From an uncultured cyanobacterium (GTDB lineage Bacteria > Cyanobacteriota > Cyanobacteriia > Cyanobacteriales > Microcystaceae): DNA of 64,000 nt. The notes beneath the pieces are model-generated. The model saw only the letters and a list, made by a program, of their open reading frames with translations. It searched no databases and had not been told where the DNA came from. Below, piece after piece: positions 53,692-64,000 of the stretch. Within the stretch, counting starts at the first letter, position 1. The number at the start of each line of letters is the position of its first letter. A program made the translations under genes and the position numbers. The stretch covers positions 32,001 to 96,000 of the forward strand of contig CAWEDJ010000075.1 in NCBI GenBank assembly GCA_963807635.1, given 5' to 3'.

Positions 53692-53916
53692 GTGAATGAT
53701 ATGGCAAAACTATCTAGTCAGCCCTTGAAACCGAACCCTTTCATAACTCGTCGCGACCCCAAAACGGGAATGTGGCTTGTCATCGAACCTGAATCAACAG
53801 AAAAATTGCCAGAAAATGACAAGAATCATTCAAAAGACTTAGTTAACGACCAACCTCAAGCTCTCCATTCTACGGCCCGATTTAGATGTCCTCTGCAAAA
53901 ATCTATACATTCTTAG
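53692..53916 (+). CDS. small hypothetical protein
   Basis: PNPFITRRDPKTGMWLVI segment, 74 aa. Confidence 0.45.
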   Translation: MNDMAKLSSQPLKPNPFITRRDPKTGMWLVIEPESTEKLPENDKNHSKDLVNDQPQALHSTARFRCPLQKSIHS

Positions 53917-53925
53917 CATAAAGAG

Positions 53926-53955
53926 TTGACATCGCGTCTCAAATATCGGTACTAT
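53926..53955 (+). promoter_or_regulatory. sigma70-type promoter of the str operon
   Basis: TTGACA-18 nt-TACTAT upstream of rpsL. Confidence 0.65.
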
Positions 53956-54017
53956 GGTAATTTGTCAACGATTTTATTGATACCTGGGAGTTTGTTTTAA
54001 TCTTCCTGAAATAACCC

Positions 54018-54386
54018 ATGCCCACCATTCAGCAGTTAATTCGCAGCGAACGCTCGAAAATCAAGAAAAAGACAAAATCCCCCGCACTAAAGCAGTGTCC
54101 TCAGCGTCGGGGTGTTTGTACGCGGGTTTATACAACAACCCCGAAAAAGCCTAACTCTGCCCTACGGAAAGTAGCTAGGGTTCGTTTGACCTCTGGCTTT
54201 GAAGTTACCGCTTATATTCCAGGAATTGGTCATAACTTACAAGAACACTCCGTCGTGTTGATCCGAGGCGGACGGGTAAAAGATTTACCTGGGGTGAGAT
54301 ATCACATCATTCGCGGAACCTTAGACGCAACGGGAGTTAAAAATCGTAAGCAAGGCCGTTCCAAATACGGAACCAAGCGCGATTAG
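54018..54386 (+). CDS. rpsL: 30S ribosomal protein S12
   Basis: [30 protein letters not shown]. Confidence 0.99.
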   Translation: MPTIQQLIRSERSKIKKKTKSPALKQCPQRRGVCTRVYTTTPKKPNSALRKVARVRLTSGFEVTAYIPGIGHNLQEHSVVLIRGGRVKDLPGVRYHIIRGTLDATGVKNRKQGRSKYGTKRD

Positions 54387-54574
54387 AAAGGATCAGATAT
54401 TTCCGACTCTTTATTTTTAACTTATCGAGATATCCCCTTAACATCAACTATTCTCGTCGTTATTGCGAAATCAATAGCGATCGCTGAATCTCTCCCTCAA
54501 ATTTCCTAAACAGAACCCAAGGGAGATTATTAGAGCGTCTTATTTACCATTATTAAAGGAAACATCAGGAAATT

Positions 54575-55045
54575 ATGTCTCGTCGCGGAAACATCAAAAA
54601 GCGAACCGTTCCTGCCGACCCGGTCTATAACAGTTGCCTCGTCAACATGACCATCCGTCGGGTAATGAAAAGCGGAAAAAAATCCCTTGCATCTCGCATT
54701 GTCTATGATGCCTTGGAAAATGTCGGCGCAAAAACTGGCAACGAACCCCTAGAAGTTTTTGAAAAAGCCATCAAAAATCTTACTCCCCTAGTGGAAGTAA
54801 AAGCTCGTCGGGTCGGTGGAGCAACCTACCAAGTCCCGATGGAAGTTCGTTCTGCCAGAGGAACCGCCCTAGCACTGCGGTGGTTGATCCATTATTCTCG
54901 CGCTCGTGGCGGAAAAACAATGGCTAGTAAATTAGCCAACGAAATCCTAGACGCAGCCAATGAAACGGGAGCCGCCGTTAAAAAACGGGAAGAAACCCAT
55001 CGCATGGCAGATGCGAACAAAGCCTTTGCTCATTACCGCTATTAA
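54575..55045 (+). CDS. rpsG: 30S ribosomal protein S7
   Basis: [26 protein letters not shown]. Confidence 0.99.
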   Translation: MSRRGNIKKRTVPADPVYNSCLVNMTIRRVMKSGKKSLASRIVYDALENVGAKTGNEPLEVFEKAIKNLTPLVEVKARRVGGATYQVPMEVRSARGTALALRWLIHYSRARGGKTMASKLANEILDAANETGAAVKKREETHRMADANKAFAHYRY

Positions 55046-55172
55046 AGATTTGGGCGGTTATCCGCCTACTTTGTCAGCATTTTTAGCAAAGAAACGTATA
55101 GAATTGTAAATAGTGTAAACCAATACAAAGACTTATCCGAAGACTAGACGGGCAAGAACTAAGGAGGTAGCT

Positions 55173-57260
55173 GTGGCACGTACGATCCCGCTAGAGCGAG
55201 TGCGTAATATCGGCATCGCCGCGCATATAGATGCGGGCAAGACAACAACAACGGAACGAATCCTATTTTATTCAGGGGTAGTTCACAAAATCGGGGAAGT
55301 CCACGATGGTACGGCTGTTACCGACTGGATGGAACAGGAACGGGAACGCGGTATTACGATCACTGCTGCTGCGATTAGCACCAGTTGGAAGGATCACCGC
55401 ATTAATATTATTGATACTCCCGGTCACGTTGACTTCACCATTGAAGTTGAACGCTCCATGCGGGTATTGGACGGGGTGATTGCTGTCTTCTGTTCCGTTG
55501 GTGGTGTTCAGCCCCAATCTGAAACAGTTTGGCGACAAGCGGATCGTTACAAAGTGCCTCGGATTGCTTTCATTAATAAAATGGATCAGGACAGGGGCTA
55601 ACTTTTATAAAGTTTATGAGCAAATGCGCGATCGCCTCAGAGCAAATGCTGTTCCCATCCAACTTCCCATTGGTAGCGAAGGTGAATTTAAAGGCATTGT
55701 CGATTTAGTCGAACTGAAAGCCTATCATCTACGCAAATGATTTGGGGACAGAAATCCAAGAAACCGCGATTCCCGAAGACCTAAAAGACTTGGTTGACGA
55801 ATATCGAGTCAAATTGGTCGAAGCCGTCGCCGAAAGCGAAGATGTTCTCATGGAGAAATACCTAGAGGGCGAAGAACTCACCGAACGAAGAAATTAAAAA
55901 AGGTCTTCGAGGTCGGGACAATTACTGGTGCGATCGTGCCAGTCCTCTGTGGTTCTGCTTTCAAAAACAAAGGCGTACAGTTAATGCTGGATGCGGTGAT
56001 CGACTATCTGCCTTCTCCGACAGAAGTTCCTGCTATTCAAGGGGTAATTCCCAGATGGGGAAACCGAAGAACTGGAAAGCAGACGATGAAGCACCCATTG
56101 TCTGCCCTGGCCTTCAAGATTATGGCTGATCCCTACGGTCGTTTGACCTTTGTTCGGGTTTATTCAGGGAGTTTTGAAAAAAGGCAGCTACGTCCTGAAT
56201 TCAACCAAAAATAAAAAAGAGCGGATTTCCCGATTGATTATTCTCAAAGCGGATGATCGGATTGAAGTCGATGAGCTTCGTGCAGGAGATCTGGGGCAGT
56301 GCTGGGACTCAAAGATACCTTGACAGGGGATACCCTCTGTGATGAAAGTCGATCCCATCATCCTGGAATCCTTGTTCATTCCTGAACCCGTTATTTCGGT
56401 GGCAGTCGAACCCAAGACCAAAGCAGGACATGGAAAAGCTCTCCAAAGCTCTACAGGCACTTTCCGAAGAAGATCCCACCTTCCGCGTTAGACTTGACCC
56501 TGAAACCAATCAGACCGTCATTGCAGGCATGGGTGAACTCCACTTAGAAATTATGGTGGATCGGATGATGCGAGAATTTAAGGTAGAAGCGAACGTGGGT
56601 GCAGCCCCAAGTTGCCTACCGAGAAACTATCCGCAAGCCTGTTCAAAGCAGAAGGCAAATTTATTCGTCAAAGTGGTGGTAAAGGTCAATACGGTCATGT
56701 GGTGATTGAAGCTTGAGCCAGGAGAAGCCGGATCGGGATTTGTATTTGTCTCTAAAATTGTCGGCGGGATCGTTCCCAAAGAATATATCAGTCCTGCCGA
56801 ACAAGGGATGAAAGAAGCTTGCGAAACGGGTATTATTAGCGGGTTATCCAGTGATTGATCTTAAAGCGACTTTGGTGGATGGTTCTTTCCACGATGTAGA
56901 CTCTTCCGAAATGGCTTTCAAAATTGCTGGATCGATGGCGATTCAAAACTGCCGTCAAGAAGGCGACTCCCGTTCTCTTGAGCCGATGATGAAAGTTGAA
57001 GTTGAAGTCCCTGAAGACTTTATCGGTAATGTCATCGGCGATCTCAACTCCCGTCGTGGTCAAATCGAAGGACAAGGAACGGAACAGGGATTAGCGAAGG
57101 TTTCTGCCAAAGTTCCCTGGCAGAAATGTTTGGTTATGCGACCGATATTCGGTCTAAAACCCAAGGTCGGGGTATCTTCTCGATGGAGTTTAGCCATTAT
57201 GAAGAAATTCCTCGCAATGTTGCTGAAGCGATCATCGCAAGAAGCAAAGGGAACGCTAAT
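55173..57260 (+). CDS. fusA: elongation factor G, many frameshifts, end approximate
   Basis: [53 protein letters not shown] spread over successive frames. Confidence 0.95.
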
Positions 57261-57349
57261 AGTCAAATTAGGATCGTTTTAGTTCATGAAATTCAATCAG
57301 TTGTGAACAGGTCTAAACTCCTAAACTAAGCGAAATACAAATTATATTC

Positions 57350-58589
57350 ATGGCACGCGCAAAATTTGAACGGAAAAAACCCCACGTTAATATCGGTACC
57401 ATTGGTCACGTTGACCACGGCAAAACAACCTTAACGGCTGCTATCACCAATGTCTTTAGCAAAGAAGGTGATGGCAAGGCTCAGAAAGTATGATGAAATC
57501 GATGCCGCGCCTGAAGAAAAAGCCCGTGGTATCACCATCAATACAGCCCACGTTGAATATGAAACTGAAGATCGTCACTATGCTCACGTAGATTGCCCTG
57601 GTCACGCTGACTATGTGAAAAACATGATCACTGGTGCGGCTCAAATGGATGGAGCCATTTTGGTGGTTCGGCTGCAGATGGCCCCATGCCCCAAACCCGT
57701 GAGCATATTCTTTTGGCAAAACAGGTTGGTGTTCCTAGCCTAGTTGTTTTCCTGAATAAGTCCGACATGGTTGACGATGAAGAATTATTGGAACTGGTAG
57801 AACTAGAGGTTCGCGAACTTCTCACCGACTATGACTTCCCCGGTGATGATATTCCTGTCATTCGCGGTTCAGGATTCAAGGCTTTAGAAGGTGATGCCGA
57901 AATGGGAAGAAACCAGTCGTCGAGATTGATGAAGGCGGTTGATGACTTATATTCCTACTCCTGAACGCGATGTGGATAAACCTTTCTTGATGGCGGTTGA
58001 AGACGTATTCTCGATCACTGGTCGGGGAACCGTCGCAACAGGTCGGATTGAACGCGGAAAGATCAAGGTCGGCGAAAACGTTGAATTGGTCGGCATTAAG
58101 AATACTCGTAGCACCACTGTTACTGGTATCGAAATGTTCCAAAAATCCTTAGAAGAAGGGATGGCTGGAGATAATGCGGGTCTGCTCCTTCGTGGTATTC
58201 AGAAAGAAGATATTGAACGGGGCATGGTTATTGCTAAACCTGGTTCGATTACCCCTCATACTCAGTTTGAAGGCGAAGTTTATGTCCTCAAGAAAGAAGA
58301 AGGTGGCCGTCATACCCCTTTCTTTGCCAACTATCGTCCCCAATTTTATGTGCGGACAACCGATGTAACAGGAACAATCCAGAGTTACACGGCTGATGAT
58401 GGAAGCGCAGTAGAAATGGTGATGCCTGGCGATCGCATTAAAATGACCGTCGAACTGATCAATCCGATCGCGATCGAACAGGGAATGCGCTTTGCTATCC
58501 GTGAAGGTGGACGAACCATCGGTGCGGGTGTCGTTTCCAAAATTCTGGAAGATGCCAAGGTTGATCCCAAGGCAGCTAAGAAAAAATAA
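57350..58589 (+). CDS. tufA: elongation factor Tu, several frameshifts
   Basis: [27 protein letters not shown] from 57350, [31 protein letters not shown]. Confidence 0.97.
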
Positions 58590-58742
58590 TGCTGAGCTAG
58601 GATTCAGTGATCAAGCAATGGTTTTAGGAAAAAAATTGAGTTTATCTGTTTGATTTCCTGTAAACTAAGAACTTGGTCACTGATTACTGCTGACCGACAA
58701 TTAAACAATTCTGAACCTTGAAAACTTAAGAAGTTTAAGATT

Positions 58743-59060
58743 ATGGCAACTCTCCAACAACAAAAAATTCGTATTCGTTTGAAAGCTTTTGACCGTCGTT
58801 TATTGGATACATCTTGCGACAAAATTGTAGAAACCGCCAATCGAACAAATGCGACGGCGATTGGCCCCATTCCCTTACCCACTAAACGTAAAATTTATTG
58901 TTTATTGCGGTCTCCCCACGTTGATAAGGATGCACGGGAGCATTTTGAAACCCGTACCCATCGCCGCATTATTGATATTTATCAACCCTCTTCTAAGACG
59001 ATTGATGCTTTGATGAAATTAGATTTACCTGCTGGTGTTGATATTGAAGTAAAACTTTAG
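58743..59060 (+). CDS. rpsJ: 30S ribosomal protein S10
   Basis: [31 protein letters not shown]. Confidence 0.99.
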   Translation: MATLQQQKIRIRLKAFDRRLLDTSCDKIVETANRTNATAIGPIPLPTKRKIYCLLRSPHVDKDAREHFETRTHRRIIDIYQPSSKTIDALMKLDLPAGVDIEVKL

Positions 59061-59090
59061 TATTGAGATAGAATTAATCTGTTATGGATT

Positions 59091-59114
59091 CCCCGCTAAT
59101 ATGGTGGGGTTTTT
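59091..59114 (+). terminator. intrinsic terminator after rpsJ
   Basis: CCCCGCTA-ATA-TGGTGGGG stem followed by a T run. Confidence 0.65.
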
Positions 59115-59290
59115 GATTTTATAATGTTTGTCATAAGTCCTTTGTCGCTGTGTGTTTTAGATGATTACTTAGAGAGAAAAAGTTTGAAAATAGTTGAACA
59201 TTGCTGAAAAGAAATAAGGTAAGAATAAAAAAATAATCATAGCATCAAGCAATATTTACAACACTATATCGTTAACGATTAAACAGAACC

Positions 59291-61129
59291 ATGTCAACCT
59301 TGGTCAATTCTCTACCGAATCTTGAAACCTATTTAAAATATTTCTTTGGCTATGACCAATTCCGTCCTGAACAGCGCAAAATTATTGAGAATGCCCTGGC
59401 AGATCGGGATTTATTAGTCATCATGCCAACGGGAGGCGGAAAGTCCCTTTGCTTTCAATTACCAGCATTACTGAAACCTGGATTAATGATTGTTATTTCC
59501 CCTTTAATTGCGTTGATGCAAGACCAGGTAGATGCTCTCCAAGATAATGGCATTGGAGCGACCTATTTAAACAGTAGTTTAAGTTTTTTAGAAGTTCAAG
59601 AACGAGAAAAGCAGATTTTTGAGAATAAAATTAGTTACTTTATGTTGCTCCCGAACGGTTATTAGGCGATCGCTTTCAAGATTTTTTCCATCGTCTGATT
59701 ACCCAGATAGGCGTTTCGGCCTTTGCCATTGATGAAGCCCATTGTGTTTCCGAATGGGGCCATGAGTTTCCGTCCTGATATTCGCCAATTGAGCCAACTA
59801 CGCCAACAATATCCCCAAATTCCTATCTTTGCTTTTACGGCGACCGCCACAAAACGAGTCCAGAAAGATATTATTGACCAATTAAAATTATATAAACCCA
59901 GTGTCCACCTCACCAGCTTTAATCGACCCAATCTTTATTACGAAATTATCCCCAAAGAAAAAAGAAGCTATGAGCAATTACTTAAATTTATTAAAACCCT
60001 AAAAGGTTCAGGTATTATTTATTGTATGAGTCGTAAAATGGTCGATGAGATTAGCGATCACTTACAAGAAGATGGCATCAAAGCGTTACCCTATCATGCG
60101 GGCATGGGAGATAAAAATAGGAGAATAAATCAGACTCAATTTATTCGAGATGAAGTCAGAATTATCGTTGCAACGGTAGCCTTTGGCATGGGAATTAATA
60201 AACCCGATGTCCGCTTTGTCATTCATTATGATTTACCCCGCAATCTCGAAAGTTATTACCAAGAATCAGGGCGGGCAGGACGAGATAATGAACCCGCTAA
60301 ATGCTTACTCTTTTTTAGTTTTGGGGACTTGAAAAAAATCGAATATATTATTCAACAAAAAGCTCCCTCAGAACAACAAAAGTCTCGTCAGCAATTACGA
60401 CAAATTGTCGATTATTCAGAAGGATTAGCCTGTCGGCGAACGATTGTTTTACGCTATTTTGGAGAAGATTTTCCAGGAAACTGTGGAAATTGTGATAATT
60501 GTTGCTACCCTAGACCCCTAGAAGATTGGACAATTGAAACCCAGAAATTTCTCTCCTGTGTTGCCCGTTGCAAAGAAAGATTTGGCATGATGCACATTAT
60601 TGATGTCTTGCGAGGTTCCCGTAAGCAAAAAATTGAACAGTATCAACATCATTTATTATCTACCTATGGTATTGGGAAAGATCGAACTTTAGATGAGTGG
60701 AAACAATTAGGGGTATTTCTGATTCATCAAGGCTTTTTGGATGAAACAACTGATGGTTATTCTATTTTAAAACTCAATGCCTATAGCTGGGAAATACTAC
60801 GAAAACAGCGTAATGTTACCCTTGCAGTCAAGTTTAAAGTTAAAGAAAAAACAGATACGAGAGATAATCCTAGAGCTAGGGATGCAGAATTATTATTTGA
60901 ATCTTTAAGGAGCCTCAGACGACGGATTGCCAAGAGCCAGGGTATTGCTCCCTATGTTGTTTTTGGGGATTCTAGTTTAAAATTAATGAGCCAATCAAAA
61001 CCCACGACCCTAGAAGAATTTGCGTCAATTTCTGGAGTAGGTCGTTATAAATTACAGCAATATGGTGAGCAGTTCGTCAAAGAAATTTGTACTTTTTGTC
61101 AACAGGATGATGATAGTCTTTCGTTTTAA
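59291..61129 (+). CDS. recQ: ATP-dependent DNA helicase RecQ, frameshifts between 59625 and 59765
   Basis: MPTGGGKSLC, IDEAHC in a shifted frame, ATVAFGMGINK, QESGRAGRD, Zn-binding CGNCDNC, RQC and HRDC domains. Confidence 0.93.
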
Positions 61130-61230
61130 TTTTAACTTCACTTTTTTAAGCAGTTTTAACGATATCTTTAGATTGCGAAAAGAACAGAAATCAGTTATTG
61201 TACCCATACAATCAGTAATATTAAAAAGAA

Positions 61231-61937
61231 ATGACAACTAAGACGATCGCCTATACCCCAGATTATTTTCAGAGCTTGGCTTTTGACACGGATTACCAGA
61301 CCCTGGCTTCCTATATTGTAGAAATTTATCACCCCAAAACAGTGGTGGAATTCGGTTGCAGGCAGGACACCTCAGCCGAGAATTGGCCAAATTAGGAGTA
61401 GAGGTGACAGCCGTTGATGGTTTTTCCCGTCCCGATTTTACAGATCTGTCGGTAGAATTCTCTCCCCTCGATCTGAATAATCCCGACGCGATCGCCGCTT
61501 TTTTGGCAGATAAACGGTTTGATCTCGCGGTTTCTTTGGAAGTGGCAGAACATTTACAGCCCGAAAGCTCCCCGACCTTAGTTCAATGGCTCACCCAAGT
61601 TGCTCCTGTTGTCGTCTTCTCTGCCGCCGTCCCCTGTCAAGATGGTCATGGACACATTAATCTGCAACCCCGTGACTATTGGCACAAACTCTTTACCCAA
61701 GCTAATTTTCTCATCGGCGATCGCATTCGTGAAAAATTACGCGCCCACCCCAGCGTAGCTCCCTGGTATCGCTACAATGTTTTGGACTATGTTCATGCGA
61801 GCCATCCCCAAGCCCCCTCACTTACCGAAGTCATTGATCGGCTGATCGCTTCTGAATCTGCGGCGGCAACAGGTTATTACGATGAATCTAGAAAACTTTA
61901 TCTTTTAGAACAAAAGACAGGAATTACCAACTCATAA
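61231..61937 (+). CDS. class I SAM-dependent methyltransferase, one frameshift near 61360
   Basis: VVEFGC|GAGHL, FDLAVSLEVAEHL, FSAA...GHGHIN. Confidence 0.8.
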
Positions 61938-62000
61938 CTGCTTAAAGTCCCAATTCGGCAGAAAAGATAAAGAAGAAGATCGTTTTAGATGTTACCCAAA

Positions 62001-63227
62001 TTATTCATCAGGAAGATTTAAGGGACTATCACTATCCCTGGTCGTTCTTATCCAATTTTTTTCAGGATTAACTAAAAAACCTAAATAAATAGGGATTTTC
62101 CATAATAAATAAAAAGGAACAGATAAGAGCGCGAGTCCAGAAATAATTTTACGGCCAAATTTTATCCAGGCAAAGAAAATCGCCAAGAAAATCATTGCCC
62201 CCATAATGGTAAAAAGCATCACTGCAAATGAGCCTGTTCCCAATAAACTGACCAAAATAGCCCCCGTCATTCCCAATCCCCAAAAAATTACCAGCAGAGA
62301 TAGGGGAGGAACCGACAACTCCAAAGCTAAAGCCAACAATTCCCACCGTCTAAATTGAATTGCACTCCGAAGTAAATAGGGAACTTGGGTAAGGAGTATT
62401 TGCAGATTGCCATGCTCCCATCGAGTTCTTTGCACCGTTGCAACGCTCTGCTCCTTGGGTAATCGTCCCGTCACTTGAATCTGGGGACAAAAAATCGGTG
62501 GATAACCCGCTAAGGTCAGATCAATTCCCAATTGCAGATCTTCTACGATATTTCCACTGGCTAAGGACACACTTTTAATCGCCTTCCAGGGAAACGCCAT
62601 CCCCGTACCATTTAACAAACTGGGTAATCCGAGTTTCATCAATCCTGTAGAGCGGACAACGTTTTTAACCAAAAAAGCCAACGCTGAAATTAAATCCTTC
62701 GTACTGGGGTTTTTAGGGGATTCCATTAAGTAGGCGGCTTGGACGGGACGATTGGTTTTCTTAGAAATAGCTGCCAAAGTTTGTAAACAATCTGCTTGGC
62801 CAGAGCAATCTGCATCAATAATAATAAGGACATCGGGCGGATTGGATTCTAGAAAACTGAGGCCATAGTCCAAGGCATAGCCTTTGCCCCGCTTCTCTGG
62901 GTTGTTCCGTTCAATAACCATCGCTCCATACTGTTGAGCAACTAGAGCCGTATTATCAGTACAATTATCCGCAATAACGATCAAACGGTCATTATTTTGG
63001 AGTTGGGGGATCAAGTTTTCTAGGGTTATGCCAATTTCGGCCGCTTCATTATGAGCAGGGATAAGCACAGCAAGCTTGATCCGCTCAATCTGACCCAAAT
63101 TCTGCTGGGGACGATGGGGAAAAAGGGCGGCCAGACATTCCACGAACAAAACCGTAACAGGTACAAACAACAGGTAACCAATTACAATAAGTAGAAAGGA
63201 AGAGAAAGAAACAAATAGACTAATCAA
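62001..63227 (-). CDS. family 2 glycosyltransferase (membrane)
   Basis: LIPAHNE, IADNCTD, GKGYAL, IIDADC, VED, QRTRW. Confidence 0.9.
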   Translation of the reverse strand: MISLFVSFSSFLLIVIGYLLFVPVTVLFVECLAALFPHRPQQNLGQIERIKLAVLIPAHNEAAEIGITLENLIPQLQNNDRLIVIADNCTDNTALVAQQYGAMVIERNNPEKRGKGYALDYGLSFLESNPPDVLIIIDADCSGQADCLQTLAAISKKTNRPVQAAYLMESPKNPSTKDLISALAFLVKNVVRSTGLMKLGLPSLLNGTGMAFPWKAIKSVSLASGNIVEDLQLGIDLTLAGYPPIFCPQIQVTGRLPKEQSVATVQRTRWEHGNLQILLTQVPYLLRSAIQFRRWELLALALELSVPPLSLLVIFWGLGMTGAILVSLLGTGSFAVMLFTIMGAMIFLAIFFAWIKFGRKIISGLALLSVPFYLLWKIPIYLGFLVNPEKNWIRTTRDSDSPLNLPDE

Positions 63228-63753
63228 TAGCTTTACAGAAAATGTAGATATTTAGTCATATCAAACAGTCCTTGAGATGGATAGGGCATGGAAAGAGACC
63301 ACTTTAATCCTCAAAATGGCTACCCACTCTTTTGATAAAATTGGTATTATCCTCTGTTTGATTGAGACCGTTCACTTTGGCAAAATACTGAAGAACCATC
63401 GCTACTGATTGTAGCCTATCGCTTCTATGAGATCTAGCAATGTTAATGTCAAGATTTATTTTTAAGCCAGTGCTACTTCTAAAATTTTGCGGCTAATTTC
63501 CTGGGGAACGCTTTCTTGCTCTTCTATCCTGTTTACTCTATTCCTTGATAGATCGGAATTCGCGATCGCTGAAAGTTTGTGAATTTATGAATACTGGAGT
63601 CTGTACAGTTTTGTCAATGATAAACAAACATCAAATAAAGTCCAGTCAAAAAAGAGATTAGGGCCAAGGGGAAAGGTTGTCTAAGGTCTTATTTTGAATG
63701 TATAAAATGACTAGCGATTCCAAACTAAATCTTAGTCACACTAGCTTTTAATA

Positions 63754-64000
63754 TTAATTTAACTGTAATTGACGTAAATCGTTAGATTTTTGGGCAGATT
63801 GGCCCACTTTGGTTAAAATAGGCTCTTTGAGTAGATTAGCCAATTCTTGTAATTGGCTGATGGCTTCTGCGCCTTCTAACTTCATTAACTCTCGGTCATC
63901 CCGCATTTCTGTCCAAGTGATCCCGTAATCAGACACCAAAAAGCGAATGAGATGATTCTCTCCCAAGCTCACCATAAACGATGCGCTATTCATCTGTCCG
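63754..64000 (-). CDS. DUF1815-like cyanobacterial protein, 5' end outside the window
   Basis: SASFMVSLGENHLIRFLVSDYGITWTEMRDDRELMKLEGAEAI. Confidence 0.75.
   Translation of the reverse strand, partial: GQMNSASFMVSLGENHLIRFLVSDYGITWTEMRDDRELMKLEGAEAISQLQELANLLKEPILTKVGQSAQKSNDLRQLQLN

Larger units (their letters stand above)
585..63569. repeat. HIP1 octamer GCGATCGC, highly iterated throughout
   Basis: Dozens of copies, for example at 585, 9421, 16610, 25050, 25721 and 25790. None seen in the AT-rich accessory ORFs. Confidence 0.95.

Noticed and set aside
57126..57329. C-terminal extension of EF-G ([11 protein letters not shown]...)
   Set aside because: One missing T at AAC GCT (T)AA would give the usual KGNA stop, and the region is full of indels.
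55173..58589. fusA and tufA as true pseudogenes or programmed frameshift genes
   Set aside because: Essential genes with conserved residues and many scattered single-base indels are better explained by sequencing error.
23385..58589. Functional link between the Lit-like peptidase and tufA based on position
   Set aside because: They are more than 30 kb apart with unrelated genes between, so proximity is uninformative.
1..64000. DGR reverse transcriptase, Avd or template repeat, retron or group II intron RT
   Set aside because: No YxDD RT motif in any ORF and no AAC-rich copy of the candidate VR was seen.
1..64000. CRISPR array, cas genes, tRNA or rRNA
   Set aside because: No regularly spaced repeats with unique spacers and no recognisable RNA-gene sequence by eye.

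Overview
Chromosomal DNA of a unicellular cyanobacterium, inferred from the very dense HIP1 octamer GCGATCGC and from cyanobacterial genes (plmA, hik2-like kinase, crtQ, hpt, DUF3155, DUF1815). The short EF-Tu points to a Synechocystis/Merismopediaceae-like lineage. Housekeeping genes (dut, leuS, PBP1A, glk, surE, dxr, gltB, murD, pyrC, lepB, hpt, crtQ, rpsL-rpsG-fusA-tufA-rpsJ, recQ) are interleaved with AT-rich, HIP1-free accessory genes, five intact toxin-antitoxin pairs plus remnants, IS1, IS630 and IS701 elements, and a REP-associated Y1 transposase. Many essential genes carry frameshifts (fusA, tufA, gltB, recQ, crtQ), which most likely reflects assembly indel errors, so split ORFs should not be read as real pseudogenes without checking reads. 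The most notable locus is 13.2-18.6 kb: a TerY/YegL-type vWA gene and a YegI-type kinase, with a DUF6516 (TumE-like) TA pair where the PP2C gene usually sits. The kinase is fused through a TM helix and Pro-Thr linker to an FGE-sulfatase/CLec domain whose last 117 nt look like a diversity-generating-retroelement (DGR) variable region. A MITE-like hairpin, a HEPN-motif gene and a 3-TM effector-like gene follow. No reverse transcriptase or template repeat, rRNA, tRNA or CRISPR array was seen. All family assignments come from recognising motifs by eye, not from database searches.
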